Assembly: GCA_030149525.1 (NCBI GenBank) | Contig: JASBRJ010000054.1 | Span: 599 to 64,598 of the forward strand | Source of the DNA: a bacterium | GTDB lineage: Bacteria; Vulcanimicrobiota; Xenobia; Xenobiales; JADMJV01 | Reading direction: 5' to 3' | Length of the DNA: 64,000 bases | Position numbers and translations under genes: made by a program | Shown here: positions 8,918 to 18,966 of the stretch, piece by piece | Position numbering within the stretch: position 1 is the first letter of the stretch | Layout of the letters: every line of letters starts with the position of its first letter | Notes under the pieces: model-generated | Seen by the model: only the letters and a program-made list of their open reading frames with translations | Database searches by the model: none | Told to the model about the DNA's origin: nothing

Positions 8918-11152
8918 CTAGAGCATTGTGACCACGGCGATGTCGGAGTCCGGGCTTGTATTTGTCGTGTTGTAGGCCCGGATCATGAACTCGTAGCTTT
9001 TTCCAGATCTCAGTCGTTTGACGGTGAAACCTGTGACACCGGCTCCCGTAGTACCGGCTTGACTCCATTTGGAGGAGCCGGCCTGTCGGCTGTAGACTTG
9101 GAATCCACTTTCGTTGTCGGAGTTGTCTTGCCAGGAAACCCTGGCCTCTCGACCACTGACGGCCGTCGCAACGACTTGGCTCGGGGCTGCCACGGGGGCC
9201 GGTGGGGCACCGGGGACGAAGAGCACGGCGGCTTCGCTGTAGGCAGACTCTCCCTGGGCGTTTCGAACTTGCACACGATAACCGTAGGTCACGCCGTCTG
9301 CCGGCACAGTATCCTGATAGGCTTCGGTATCGGCACCAAGTACGGCGACCTGTTCGTAGGAATTAGGCTTTCCTTTCGCCTTTTCTACACGGCGAAAGAC
9401 AATGGTCTCGGTTTCGGCCACGGCGTTGTCAACCCAAGCCAGTTGGACCTGCCGGTTCAGTAGCACCGACGCCACCAGGGCTGTCGGGGTCCCCAGGGGC
9501 TCGCCCACGGGGCTTGTTTGTTCGATGGCAAAAACAGCCGAGTCGGATGTGACCCCGTCCCCCCGCTCTACGGCAAGAGTTCCAACCATGCCGGAGGCTC
9601 CCTCAGGAACCACGGCTACAAGGCCGGTCTCGGACCAGGAAGTCGTGGGAAAGGTGAGGGCTCCCGGCTGAAAGACAACCCTTCCCGCCGCTCCAAATCC
9701 GGAACCGGCGAGAGTGACTGTCTCTCCGGGTGCCGCCATAGAAGGTGCCACTGAAGAGAGCACCACGGGCGCCGGTACGGGGACGGTTGCTCTCGCAGCA
9801 GAGGTCGCCGCGGCCGCGTTGAGACGTCCTCCGGTGGCACACAACGAGCTCAGCGAAGTCTTGGCGTCCACCGAAGCCATAAGAGCCTCCCGAACGTCGG
9901 CAAAGGAGAGGTCGGGATTGATACTCGTCATCAAAGCGACCACTCCCGCCACATGGGGTGAAGCCATGGAGGTTCCCGACAAATAAGCATAGCCGTTTCC
10001 GGGAACCGTGCTTAGAATGTTTGACCCTGGGGCGAAAAGGTCTACCGTAGTCAGTCCGTAGTTGGAAAAGCTTGAAGGCTGGTCGTAATGGTCGGAGGAA
10101 CCGACCGAGATGACGTTGGGCAGATCGTAACAAGAGGGATAGTTGAAAGATTGGTCGGTGTTGGTCGCCGCGTTTCCGGCGGCAGCCACGAAGAGCTGGT
10201 TGGCCGCGCCTGCGTTGTTGATCGCGTCCCGCATAACCTGGCTGTAGCCACCACCGCCCCAACTGTTGTTGCTCAGATGAGCGCCCTTGGAGACAGCATA
10301 ATTGATACAGCGAACGGCATCGCTGACGTATCCGCCCTCAGGCCCGAGAAAGCGCAATGCCATTATCTTGACGTTGGGAGCAACGCCCACCACGCCTGCT
10401 CGATTGTCCACAGCCGCAATGGTACCGGCTACGTGGGTTCCGTGCCCTTGCTCATCCATGGGGTCTCCATCGTTGGCGAAGGCGTCGATTCCGTGGACAT
10501 CGTCCACCCAACCGTTATTGTCGTCGTCGATTCCGTTACCCGGAATCTCATCAGGGTTGATCCACATGTTCTGTTTCAGATCGGGATGGTTATAGTCTAC
10601 CCCAGTGTCGATCACCGCAACGATCACTTCAGGGCGTCCGGTCGTCTCCCCCCAAGCTGTCGTGGCACTGATATCGGCCCCGGGGGTTCCTCCGGTTTGG
10701 CCGGAGTTCTGCAGCGCCCACTGATATCCAAAGTAAGGGTCGTCGGGAGTTGACTGATCAAACTTCAGCCAGTAGTCAGGTTCGGCGTATTCAACGTCGG
10801 GAAGGTTTCTCAAGGCGTTGACAGTTTCCTCAACGCTGTGTTCCGAGCTTATCTTGAGACGGTCCACTCCGTTGGGTAAGGTGCCCTGAAAGCTCAGTCC
10901 CACATCAGCCTGGCGAGCCAGGATGCTGATATCGTTCTGGGTGGTTCGAGCCGATATCCGCTCGCTGGTTTGGCGAAATTTCACCAAAACGGCCTCGGGT
11001 GCATAACGCGCGTTTTCAGGAATCGCGAAAGACGTGTCGTTTCCCGCGGAAGCCGAGGAAACTCCGGAGCCGGAGGTTGATTCTGTCCCACAGCCGCTAC
11101 AAAGCAATAGCGTAACGGCAACCCCCAGGCAAGATTGCATAACTTTTTTCAC
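8918..11152 (-). CDS. Secreted subtilisin-like serine peptidase (S8) lipoprotein with C-terminal FN3-like repeats
   Basis: Lipobox LLLCSGC. D/H/S catalytic motifs are present: VIDTGVD, HGTHVAGT, GTSMASPHVAG. The C-terminal ~250 aa look like tandem beta-sandwich (FN3-like) repeats. Confidence 0.9.
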   Translation of the reverse strand: MKKVMQSCLGVAVTLLLCSGCGTESTSGSGVSSASAGNDTSFAIPENARYAPEAVLVKFRQTSERISARTTQNDISILARQADVGLSFQGTLPNGVDRLKISSEHSVEETVNALRNLPDVEYAEPDYWLKFDQSTPDDPYFGYQWALQNSGQTGGTPGADISATTAWGETTGRPEVIVAVIDTGVDYNHPDLKQNMWINPDEIPGNGIDDDNNGWVDDVHGIDAFANDGDPMDEQGHGTHVAGTIAAVDNRAGVVGVAPNVKIMALRFLGPEGGYVSDAVRCINYAVSKGAHLSNNSWGGGGYSQVMRDAINNAGAANQLFVAAAGNAATNTDQSFNYPSCYDLPNVISVGSSDHYDQPSSFSNYGLTTVDLFAPGSNILSTVPGNGYAYLSGTSMASPHVAGVVALMTSINPDLSFADVREALMASVDAKTSLSSLCATGGRLNAAAATSAARATVPVPAPVVLSSVAPSMAAPGETVTLAGSGFGAAGRVVFQPGALTFPTTSWSETGLVAVVPEGASGMVGTLAVERGDGVTSDSAVFAIEQTSPVGEPLGTPTALVASVLLNRQVQLAWVDNAVAETETIVFRRVEKAKGKPNSYEQVAVLGADTEAYQDTVPADGVTYGYRVQVRNAQGESAYSEAAVLFVPGAPPAPVAAPSQVVATAVSGREARVSWQDNSDNESGFQVYSRQAGSSKWSQAGTTGAGVTGFTVKRLRSGKSYEFMIRAYNTTNTSPDSDIAVVTML

Positions 11153-11407
11153 TCGTTCTCATCTCCAAGCAAGTCGATCCCCCCAAGGATGGTCATGTTT
11201 GGTCGGTTGAAATCAGATGTTTGTCGGAAAAGGAAATCTTCTTTAGGCCAAACGAGGCCTACGAAGCGACTGTAACTAAGCATCTCGACGGGACAGCGCC
11301 TGCGTTAATGGGGGAAACCCTTCCAAAAGTGTTAAAGTTTTCCCCACTTCGCTCACCTCTGATGGGCTACGTGCACCAACCACTCAAAAACTTGCTAGAC
11401 TACTTCT

Positions 11408-11827
11408 ATGAAGAAGAAAAATGTCGGAGCACTCCTAGTTGAAGTGCTTATGGGGTTTGGAATATTTACGGCAGCTTTGCTTTTCGCTTTAGGGGTCTTC
11501 CCGCACAGCCAGAGAGCTAGCGCCCAGGCCAGAACCTACACTCTGGCACGAGCGACGGCTAAGGCCAATCTGCAAGAGGAACTTGCCAAAGACCCGGCGA
11601 GTGTCGTCAGTCGGCCGCCCACTGCAATCACCAGATTTCTCTATAGCAATTCCGCGACTCCCATTAAAGTCGATCTGGAATCAGAGCTGATCGTGAGCGT
11701 TGTTACACCGTCTCCCTTCCCTCCTCAAAACGTTAAGAATGTGGAAAGTATCGTTCGCTGGAATCAGGGTGGCGGGATCGGCGTGGTCCGTCGAGAGGTG
11801 AAATATAATGCCTGGATTGCAGAATAA
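11408..11827 (+). CDS. Prepilin-type N-terminal cleavage/methylation domain protein (pseudopilin-like)
   Basis: Short basic leader MKKKNVG, then ALLVEVLMGFGIFTAALL. The G-1 and E+5 hallmarks of type IV prepilins are present. Confidence 0.5.
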   Translation: MKKKNVGALLVEVLMGFGIFTAALLFALGVFPHSQRASAQARTYTLARATAKANLQEELAKDPASVVSRPPTAITRFLYSNSATPIKVDLESELIVSVVTPSPFPPQNVKNVESIVRWNQGGGIGVVRREVKYNAWIAE

Positions 11828-12455
11828 AAGCCGCTTCCCAAACCGAACGGGTATGACCCTTATCGAAGTGGTCATCTACATTTCCGTCCTCGGGCTTTTG
11901 CTCGCCGGTGTCTACGGAACGGTCATCACAGGGTTTCGCTACCTCCGCCTGGCTCAAGCCCAGGAAACGGCGAACCAACAAGCCTTCACAGCTCTTTCTC
12001 AAATTTGTCAGGAATTGGAGAACAGCTCTCAGACCGGCTATGTCATCGGTGGCACTCCAGGTGATCAGCACGTCATCTTCCTCTCCCTCTCCGCCCCTCA
12101 ACCAGCCGATCCAGACGACCTCTCCTTTTCTACCGGCAGTCAACCGGATTGGCAAAAATGGGTTTGTTTCTATAAAAACAGTTCCAACCAACTGGTGAGA
12201 ACGGAACTCGCTACAGGCACCGGTCCGGACCCGGTTCCCTCAAACCACACTCCTCCCAACTTCACCGCAGACATACTTCCCTTGACAGGACAGCCTGTGG
12301 CCCAAAACATTTTCAAACTCGATTTTGATGACACGAACATCCCTCGCGTGGAAGTGGTCGTAGAGACTCGAGTCGAGACCAACACCGGAACCGTCACTCA
12401 AGCGAACTCATCCAACCTCCGCCTGGAAGGCGCGGCAGTTCTACTGAACCCTTAG
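11808..12455 (+). CDS. Type IV pilin / T2SS pseudopilin-like protein
   Basis: Classical prepilin N-terminus NRTG|MTLIEVVIYISVLGLLLAGV (G-1, E+5). Overlaps the upstream gene by 20 nt. Confidence 0.65.
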   Translation: MPGLQNKSRFPNRTGMTLIEVVIYISVLGLLLAGVYGTVITGFRYLRLAQAQETANQQAFTALSQICQELENSSQTGYVIGGTPGDQHVIFLSLSAPQPADPDDLSFSTGSQPDWQKWVCFYKNSSNQLVRTELATGTGPDPVPSNHTPPNFTADILPLTGQPVAQNIFKLDFDDTNIPRVEVVVETRVETNTGTVTQANSSNLRLEGAAVLLNP

Positions 12456-12463
12456 GAGCTCAC

Positions 12464-13783
12464 ATGAAACAACGCACAAAGAATACCGGACTGGCCATGA
12501 TCGTGGTGATGATGGCACTAGGCATCCTGGCCGTCACCACTTTGGGCATCTCTGTAATGGGCAATCTTAGCTCCATGCAAAACCGAAGTGCCGACGAAAG
12601 CGACGACGCCTTCTTCGCTGCCCGCTCCGGGCTCAGTATCAAACTTGCCCAGCTCCGGGCGGGCGACCGAACGGATCTGGATACCGTTATGCCGAACGGC
12701 ACAAGATTCAATGTCGATGTCTATGGCCCGGGCGACCCCGACGTGCCATGGCCAGGCTTTACCGTACCTGGAGGACCCAACACTTATTACATTCTGGCCG
12801 AGGGCTACAGCAAAGACGGAACGGGCGGAGACTTCGGAAAAGTCCGGCGTGTGGGGATGCTTGTTCGGAAGAACAACAGTGTCTTCAACGCGGCGGTGAT
12901 CGCGGGTACTAAACTCCAGATGGACAGTCTCAGCTTCACCGACGTATTCGATTCAGCAGGTCCGAGCCTGGCAGCTCTCGACCATCGGCTGGCAGCCGTG
13001 GCTCTTTACGACCCCTCGGCCACAGTCCAGATTGACTCGGGAGCAAAGATAGGCCGAAATGGAACCTCGGCGGAGGCCAATCTTCTCTTGCCTCCCGGCT
13101 TCAACATCGCAAACATCCTCTCAGGTGCCGCTCCAGGAGAATTCGCCGCTCAGGTTACGGAGCCGCTCATAGCCGATCCCGGTCCCATAGCCCCCCGTAC
13201 CGTCAATACGGCCGCGCCGACCATCGATCAGGACGGCGTAGGCAATGACATTGTCCTCACTCCGACCTTTAACGGTACAGAATATGTCTACAGCGGACCG
13301 GAGCTGAAAGCAGCCAACGGCGCCAAGATTATTTTTGATATCAGCGGCGTTCCAAACGGGGAAGTCGCTCACTTCGACGTCACGAAAGTTATTCTGGAAA
13401 CCGGTGGCGTGATCGAGATCAACGACGGCGGGGTCACCGACGCCAAGGTCGAGCTGTACTCGGAGAACGAGTTCAAAATCGAAGGCGGCTCGCTGGTGAA
13501 TCCGAGTTCTGTTCCCGACCGCTTCCACTTATTCTGTCGCACCGGAGAGGTCAAACTCGAAGTTCTCAGCGCAACCTATGTTGTAGCCCGCTCAGACGTG
13601 AAGGCGGTGATCGAATCTGGAAGCGAGATCTTTGGTGCGGTCACCGCCCCCGAGGTGATAATGAATCAAGGCATTGTCCACTACGACAAGCAACTGGCGC
13701 TGGGAGGCGGTAGCGGTGGTTCGAGCCTGACCCTTCTGGGTTATCATACTCATTCAAAAAAGCCCTCGAGGGCCTTCCCCTAA
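12464..13783 (+). CDS. PilX-like minor pilin, N-terminal domain type
   Basis: N-terminus KNTGLAMIVVMMALGILAVTTLGIS is typical of PilX_N. The large C-terminal region is Gly/Thr-rich. Confidence 0.5.
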   Translation: MKQRTKNTGLAMIVVMMALGILAVTTLGISVMGNLSSMQNRSADESDDAFFAARSGLSIKLAQLRAGDRTDLDTVMPNGTRFNVDVYGPGDPDVPWPGFTVPGGPNTYYILAEGYSKDGTGGDFGKVRRVGMLVRKNNSVFNAAVIAGTKLQMDSLSFTDVFDSAGPSLAALDHRLAAVALYDPSATVQIDSGAKIGRNGTSAEANLLLPPGFNIANILSGAAPGEFAAQVTEPLIADPGPIAPRTVNTAAPTIDQDGVGNDIVLTPTFNGTEYVYSGPELKAANGAKIIFDISGVPNGEVAHFDVTKVILETGGVIEINDGGVTDAKVELYSENEFKIEGGSLVNPSSVPDRFHLFCRTGEVKLEVLSATYVVARSDVKAVIESGSEIFGAVTAPEVIMNQGIVHYDKQLALGGGSGGSSLTLLGYHTHSKKPSRAFP

Positions 13784-13796
13784 CCGTGGCCGACGA

Positions 13797-13830
13797 AAAG
13801 ACCGGGTCTCACGACCCGGTCTTTTTTACT
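13797..13830. terminator. Bidirectional rho-independent terminator between two convergent genes
   Basis: AAAAGACCGGGTCTCACGACCCGGTCTTTTTT: a GC stem flanked by an A-run and a T-run. Confidence 0.7.
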
Positions 13831-13839
13831 GACCAACGG

Positions 13840-15930
13840 CTATTTGTTGGTGATGGGGGACTCGGGCAGACCGAGGTGCTGCGCCATAAAGCTCAAGGAA
13901 AGCGCCTCTCGACCGACCTTCTGAGAAAAGGACGCCCCCTGTCCGTGCCCTGCGTTGGTCTTGGTGACCACGAGCACCGGTTCGCCGGATGTGGTGGCGG
14001 CCTGAAGAGCGGCGCCGAACTTGCGCGTCTGCCAGGGGGCCACTCGGAGATCGTTTTCACCCGTCTCCAGAAGAACGGCGGGATAGGGAGTTCCGGGCTT
14101 CACATTCTGAAGAGGCGAGTAGCCTAGAACCGCCTTGAACTCCGACTCCACTGCGGTGGCGCCGTACTCAGGGATGTTGTAGCGACCGTTGGGAAATCTC
14201 TCATGACCTAACGAGTCGTAAACTCCTACCAAGCCGACCACAGCCTCGAAAGCCTGAGGGTGCTGAACAAGGGAGGCAGCCACCAGAAGTCCACCGTTAC
14301 TGCCACCCATAATTCCCAGCTTCTGGGGATTGGTCCAACCCGCTTCCTGCAGAGCCTGGGCACAGGCGTAGAAATCGTCGAAGACGTTCTGCTTATTGGT
14401 CTTCTGTCCGCCTCTATGCCAGGGCTCTCCAAACTCCCCACCTCCTCGGATGTTGGCCACGGCGTAGACTCCTCCGCGCTCAAGCCAGGCCAGCTTGGCT
14501 CCAAGGTACCGGGGTTGCTGAACCACTCCGAAGCCGCCGTAGGCATAGAGAATTGTTGGACGCTCGGCGTTGGGCGTGACCGATTTGTGATGCAGTACAA
14601 CCAGAGGAACTCGTGTACCGTCCTTACTCACGGCCTCCGTTCGGGTGAGAACGATGTCGTCGAAATTGCCGACGGGGGGAACCTCAAAAACAGTCCTCAG
14701 CTTTCCCGAGTCTGCGTTGTAGCTCACCCAGCGAATGGGATGAGTCCAGCTTTGATAGGTGATCAGAGCCTCGGAAGAACTCCCTGAGGAAGCCATGGAG
14801 CCCAACCCTATACCATCCACCGGCAACGGCACCACGCGCACGAATTCGCCCTTGCTATTCCAGTGCTCCACCCGTTGCTGATCGCCCCAAACGCGGGAGA
14901 CCAGAAGCCCACCCTTGATCGGACGAACTTCCATCACCGCCCACTGACTTTGGGGAATGAGGACTTTGAAAGAGCCGTCGGGCCGATACACTCTCACTTC
15001 TCCCCGAGGGGCGTTCTCATGACTGACAGCCAACAAGCCTTCCGAAACCCACTTACCTCCAGCCCGAATATCCGCTTCTTCGTCGACCACCATCTTCCAG
15101 CCGTCTTCCGTTTGGAACGCCAACTGATATGGTGCGCCATCCCCGAAATGGACGAGGGCGGCGGTCATCTTGCCACCTGGAGAGGTGGTGAGTTCCCACT
15201 CGGCGACTTCTGAAAGACCCTGCCCAAAAGCTTCCCGATCCGTCTCCGACTCCGTGCCGAGTTTATGGTGGTAGAGCGACGCGCTGAACAAGCTGTCTTT
15301 GGGCAGCCTGACGTAGGTCACTCCTTGCTCGTCGGCATCCCAGGCGAGGGCGGGCGGCGTCGTCCCACCGGCAGCGTCCACAAGAACATCCTTGAGCTTT
15401 TTGCCGGTTGCCGTCTCCACGAAGAAGATGGTGGTCAATTCGCTCCCACCCACAGCCGTTCCGTAGGCGACGTATTTGCCGCTGGGAGAAGGCCAGAATT
15501 CCGTGATAGCCGCCGGATGTTCGTCGGCGTTGGTGTTGACCAGCACTTTCTCTTTGCCGTTGGGCCAATCCGCCACCATTAGCACCGGTTGCGGCGAGGG
15601 GGGCGTCTCTTTCATAAAAAAGAGAGTTTGCTCCACAACTCGGGGAGAGAAACGGGTGGCAGGCGTAAGAGACAGTTCTGAAATCCTTTTGGCCAGCGCC
15701 TCCCGCCCGGCGAAGCCGGAAAGCTCCTTTTCCGCATAGCTGTTCTGAGCCTCAATCCAAGCTTTGACTTTCGGGTCGCTCCCTTCCTCAAGCCAGGCGT
15801 AGGGATCGGGCACCTTGATTCCGTGGTAGGTGCGTGAGGCAGTTGTGGTGGCGGTTTGTGGCGGATTGTCCGCCAGGGCGAACGCTTGTAATGTTAACGT
15901 AACGGCAGCGGTCAGAAGTAGTTTCTTCAA
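13840..15930 (-). CDS. Prolyl oligopeptidase family serine peptidase (S9A), secreted
   Basis: Signal peptide present. The catalytic serine motif GGSNGGLLV and a C-terminal D/H region are present. An N-terminal beta-propeller region is inferred from length (696 aa). Confidence 0.9.
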   Translation of the reverse strand: MKKLLLTAAVTLTLQAFALADNPPQTATTTASRTYHGIKVPDPYAWLEEGSDPKVKAWIEAQNSYAEKELSGFAGREALAKRISELSLTPATRFSPRVVEQTLFFMKETPPSPQPVLMVADWPNGKEKVLVNTNADEHPAAITEFWPSPSGKYVAYGTAVGGSELTTIFFVETATGKKLKDVLVDAAGGTTPPALAWDADEQGVTYVRLPKDSLFSASLYHHKLGTESETDREAFGQGLSEVAEWELTTSPGGKMTAALVHFGDGAPYQLAFQTEDGWKMVVDEEADIRAGGKWVSEGLLAVSHENAPRGEVRVYRPDGSFKVLIPQSQWAVMEVRPIKGGLLVSRVWGDQQRVEHWNSKGEFVRVVPLPVDGIGLGSMASSGSSSEALITYQSWTHPIRWVSYNADSGKLRTVFEVPPVGNFDDIVLTRTEAVSKDGTRVPLVVLHHKSVTPNAERPTILYAYGGFGVVQQPRYLGAKLAWLERGGVYAVANIRGGGEFGEPWHRGGQKTNKQNVFDDFYACAQALQEAGWTNPQKLGIMGGSNGGLLVAASLVQHPQAFEAVVGLVGVYDSLGHERFPNGRYNIPEYGATAVESEFKAVLGYSPLQNVKPGTPYPAVLLETGENDLRVAPWQTRKFGAALQAATTSGEPVLVVTKTNAGHGQGASFSQKVGREALSLSFMAQHLGLPESPITNK

Positions 15931-16062
15931 TGGTAAATGTCCTTAGTCTCCAAGTTCTAAACTGCGATGCATAAATAATCGTTTCCCGAAAGATGGGTCG
16001 TTTACCCCTATGTCGAAGGCTGTTCATATAGGAAAATAGAAAACATATTCGGGAGGTAAATA

Positions 16063-16716
16063 GTGAAAAATTTCGTTTTGACAATGATGGCGTCCGTGGT
16101 CTTCTTGGCCGGTTGCGGAGGCATTTACAGAGATTGGAGAGTGCAAGGTCAGGATCTCGGATTCACGGCACCCATGCCGGCGCCTCCGCAATTCAAAGAA
16201 ACCACCAAAAAGTCTCTAGCCAACATGGGGGGCTACAAAGGCCCCGATGGGAACACGCTTCCCGAGGCGTATTACACGATCACAAAACATCAGTTGATTC
16301 TCCATCGTCCTAACCCTGATGCCAAAGCCACACCCTTTCAAAGCTCTAACGGGAATGTTGAAGAGATCCGAAAACAGACCGGTTTCGCCAGTTCCATCTC
16401 ACCGGAGATTGTGGAGATGAGCCTTATCGTTTACGAATTCGATCCCAAGATTCCGGACGATAAGATCGAAAGTGTGGTGAGTCGCCGGTATCCACAAGGC
16501 ATCACCAAAGACACCAAAATAAAGGACAAAAAGGGCAACGAATGGCTCCACCGCAAGGCCGTCTACCGATTGAAAGAGTCGGGTAACGAAATCCGGATGG
16601 AAAGGGAGAGACACCTGGTCAAGGATCATAAGGCCTACATTTGTCGACTGGCCGGTCCGGCCACACCGGATATGACCAACTTCTTTATGGATAACGCCAG
16701 AATCGTGGACAAATAA
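16063..16716 (+). CDS. Lipoprotein, hypothetical
   Basis: GTG start with a GGGAGG Shine-Dalgarno. Lipobox VVFLAGCGG. Confidence 0.6.
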   Translation: MKNFVLTMMASVVFLAGCGGIYRDWRVQGQDLGFTAPMPAPPQFKETTKKSLANMGGYKGPDGNTLPEAYYTITKHQLILHRPNPDAKATPFQSSNGNVEEIRKQTGFASSISPEIVEMSLIVYEFDPKIPDDKIESVVSRRYPQGITKDTKIKDKKGNEWLHRKAVYRLKESGNEIRMERERHLVKDHKAYICRLAGPATPDMTNFFMDNARIVDK

Positions 16717-16842
16717 CCCACCGCCATAGGTTTAAACAGAGGCTCCATCGGGGCCTCATTTGTTTTTTGGGAGACGATTCAAACCAGAGGGGTAACGGCC
16801 GACCTTCAAGGAGCCGAGACCTCCGCAGTCCAAACCCGCAGA

Positions 16843-18966
16843 ATGTCAACCTACCACCAACAAGCCAGAGGCACCGACTCCGCCTATGAGCGCTATCTCA
16901 AGAGCATGGACGCTTCGATGCAGCAGAAGGTTGCTCTGACAGCCGCTCATCTCCTGGCCGAAGGATGGCTGGCCGACATGGGGATGGGGTCGGGGACGGG
17001 GAGTGAAGCCTTAGCCTCTCTGTATCCCAACATGAGAGTTACGGGGGTCGATATCAATCCCGAGATGGTAAAAAGAGCGAAGAACCGATACCAACTTGGG
17101 AATCTTGACTTTCGCACGGGCGACATCGCCGATGAATGCTTCCAACCCGGCTCCCTAGACATGATCTTCAACTCCTCCGTGCTCCATCATGTGACAAGCT
17201 TCAACAACTACGAAGTGAAAGAGGCCGCTCGGGCCGTGACCAATCAGGTGCGGCAGTTGAAAGAGGGCGGCACTCTTATCGTTCGAGATTTTCTGCGACC
17301 GGATCCGGAGACGGTCGTACTGGAGCTTCCAGATTCGACGGCAGAGCTCTTTGAGCGCTTCTCCCGGGAATTCAGGAGCTTGCTCCCTCAAGAGCGTCGG
17401 GGGTTCGCGTACGAGGAGTTGGAGCCTGCCCCCGACGGCCTTCGTCGATTTCGACTGAGCTCTCAGGCGGCTGTGGAGTTTGTCCTGAGAAAAGACTACA
17501 TCGCCGACTGGGAAACCGAGGTTCAGGAAGAATACACCTACTTCACCCAGGAGCAGTTCGAGGCACTCTTCCACTCTTTAGGGCTGCGTATCCTTGCCTC
17601 CACTCCTCTCCGCAACCCCTGGATCGTGCGCAACCGTTTCCAGGGCAAGTTTCGCCTTCTCTCGATGGACGAGCGGCTCCTTATGGTTCCTCCCACCAAC
17701 TATTTGATCGTGGGAGAAAAGGTCAGTCACAAGATGGGTGTGCGTTTTCTAGCTGGTGAGGAGCGCGATCCCCTTAACTACCTTCACTTTGTGCATTATC
17801 GTCACCGAGAACGAGGAGTGATTCGAGATCTGGTACGCCGACCCAACGCGACACTCGACGTGCTACCTTATTACCGGCAAAACGGAGAGGTCTATGTTCT
17901 GGCAAGACGCAGCTACCCTCGACCCATTCTGAGCCTTTGCGGGCTCCGGTTGGACGGCAGTCTCTCACCTCACTACGTGACCGAACCGGTGATTGTCTTA
18001 CAGAAAGACCGCCCGTTGGCCCAGACCGTGGAAGAGGCCCTGAGAGACGATCTGCAGATAAGGCCTGAGAACATCCTAAGCTTCAGTCTTGGCTCCCATT
18101 GTTTTCCATCCCCCGGCGGCCTCCAAGAGCGGGTCCAAGCGGTCTTCGTGGAAATTGAACCGGTTCTGCAAAGCGGAACAACGCAGCGAGTGCGAGCCGT
18201 ATCCGCTCGGCAACTCCTGAGGGCTGCCCAAGTCGACGGCTTGCCCGACTCTCGCCTGGAAATTCATTGCGCGGAACTCCTTGGTTATTTGGGCGAACAT
18301 CCCGGCTCCTGGATCGGAGAATCGCTCACCCTGGAAGGCTCTTCAAAGAAACCGCCAAGGTCCGTCGGTCCTGGCAAGCCAAGACGCGCTTTCCTTGAAA
18401 CAGACGTGGGCTCGAACTTTCTCCACTTAGGCTCCCGAGTCTTCCGGGAGGTTAACGCTTCCGGGTCTCTCATCAAGGAAACCCAATTGGATTATGTGAT
18501 GCCCCGAGAGCTTAGCCTCAACACTGTGGCCACCGCCCTCCTCTACCAGCATGACGGCACCACCTACATCGGGCTTCAAGACGACGACTTCCCCTCTTTC
18601 CAGTGCTTCGTGGGACACAGCAATCTCGTGGTGGCTCCCGCCTGGCGCCTCCCTCGAACGGTCAACGATCTTCTGGACCTGGAAAGCTTCACGACGGGCG
18701 TGCTGGGCAAACAGCATGGGCTGAAAGTGAAGCAATTCTTTACTCTGGGCGGGCCGTACTATCCCAGCGCCGGGGCCACACCCGAGATCGTCTATCCCTA
18801 TGCAGTGGAGGTGGAACCGGCGAACCAAACCCCACCGGAACCGCTCATCTGGATCCCCATCGAGGAGGTTGCCGAAGGATTGTCGGGGTATCAAGACGGG
18901 CATCTCAGGGTGCTGGCAAGTCGCGTCTTTCGAGCGCTACATGAGATGATGGGTGAGACGATTTGA
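16843..18966 (+). CDS. Class I SAM-dependent methyltransferase domain protein with a large C-terminal extension
   Basis: N-terminal motifs MGMGSGTGSE and VTGVDINPEMV match MTase motifs I and post-I. The remaining ~480 aa are unassigned. Confidence 0.6.
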   Translation: MSTYHQQARGTDSAYERYLKSMDASMQQKVALTAAHLLAEGWLADMGMGSGTGSEALASLYPNMRVTGVDINPEMVKRAKNRYQLGNLDFRTGDIADECFQPGSLDMIFNSSVLHHVTSFNNYEVKEAARAVTNQVRQLKEGGTLIVRDFLRPDPETVVLELPDSTAELFERFSREFRSLLPQERRGFAYEELEPAPDGLRRFRLSSQAAVEFVLRKDYIADWETEVQEEYTYFTQEQFEALFHSLGLRILASTPLRNPWIVRNRFQGKFRLLSMDERLLMVPPTNYLIVGEKVSHKMGVRFLAGEERDPLNYLHFVHYRHRERGVIRDLVRRPNATLDVLPYYRQNGEVYVLARRSYPRPILSLCGLRLDGSLSPHYVTEPVIVLQKDRPLAQTVEEALRDDLQIRPENILSFSLGSHCFPSPGGLQERVQAVFVEIEPVLQSGTTQRVRAVSARQLLRAAQVDGLPDSRLEIHCAELLGYLGEHPGSWIGESLTLEGSSKKPPRSVGPGKPRRAFLETDVGSNFLHLGSRVFREVNASGSLIKETQLDYVMPRELSLNTVATALLYQHDGTTYIGLQDDDFPSFQCFVGHSNLVVAPAWRLPRTVNDLLDLESFTTGVLGKQHGLKVKQFFTLGGPYYPSAGATPEIVYPYAVEVEPANQTPPEPLIWIPIEEVAEGLSGYQDGHLRVLASRVFRALHEMMGETI

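Noticed and set aside
9010-10753. Several 70-220-aa ORFs on both strands (for example 9603-10262 minus, 10088-10753 plus)
   Set aside because: All lie inside the well-supported S8 peptidase gene and have Pro/Arg/Gly-rich low-complexity translations. They are shadow ORFs.
11221-11442. 73-aa ORF upstream of the pseudopilin operon
   Set aside because: It has no Shine-Dalgarno and no recognisable features, and it overlaps the better-supported start of the first prepilin gene. It is more likely 5' UTR or promoter region.
13756-13775. Palindrome GCCCTCGAGGGC near the end of the PilX-like gene
   Set aside because: It lies inside the coding sequence and has no T-tract. The real terminator is the hairpin plus T-run at 13797-13830.
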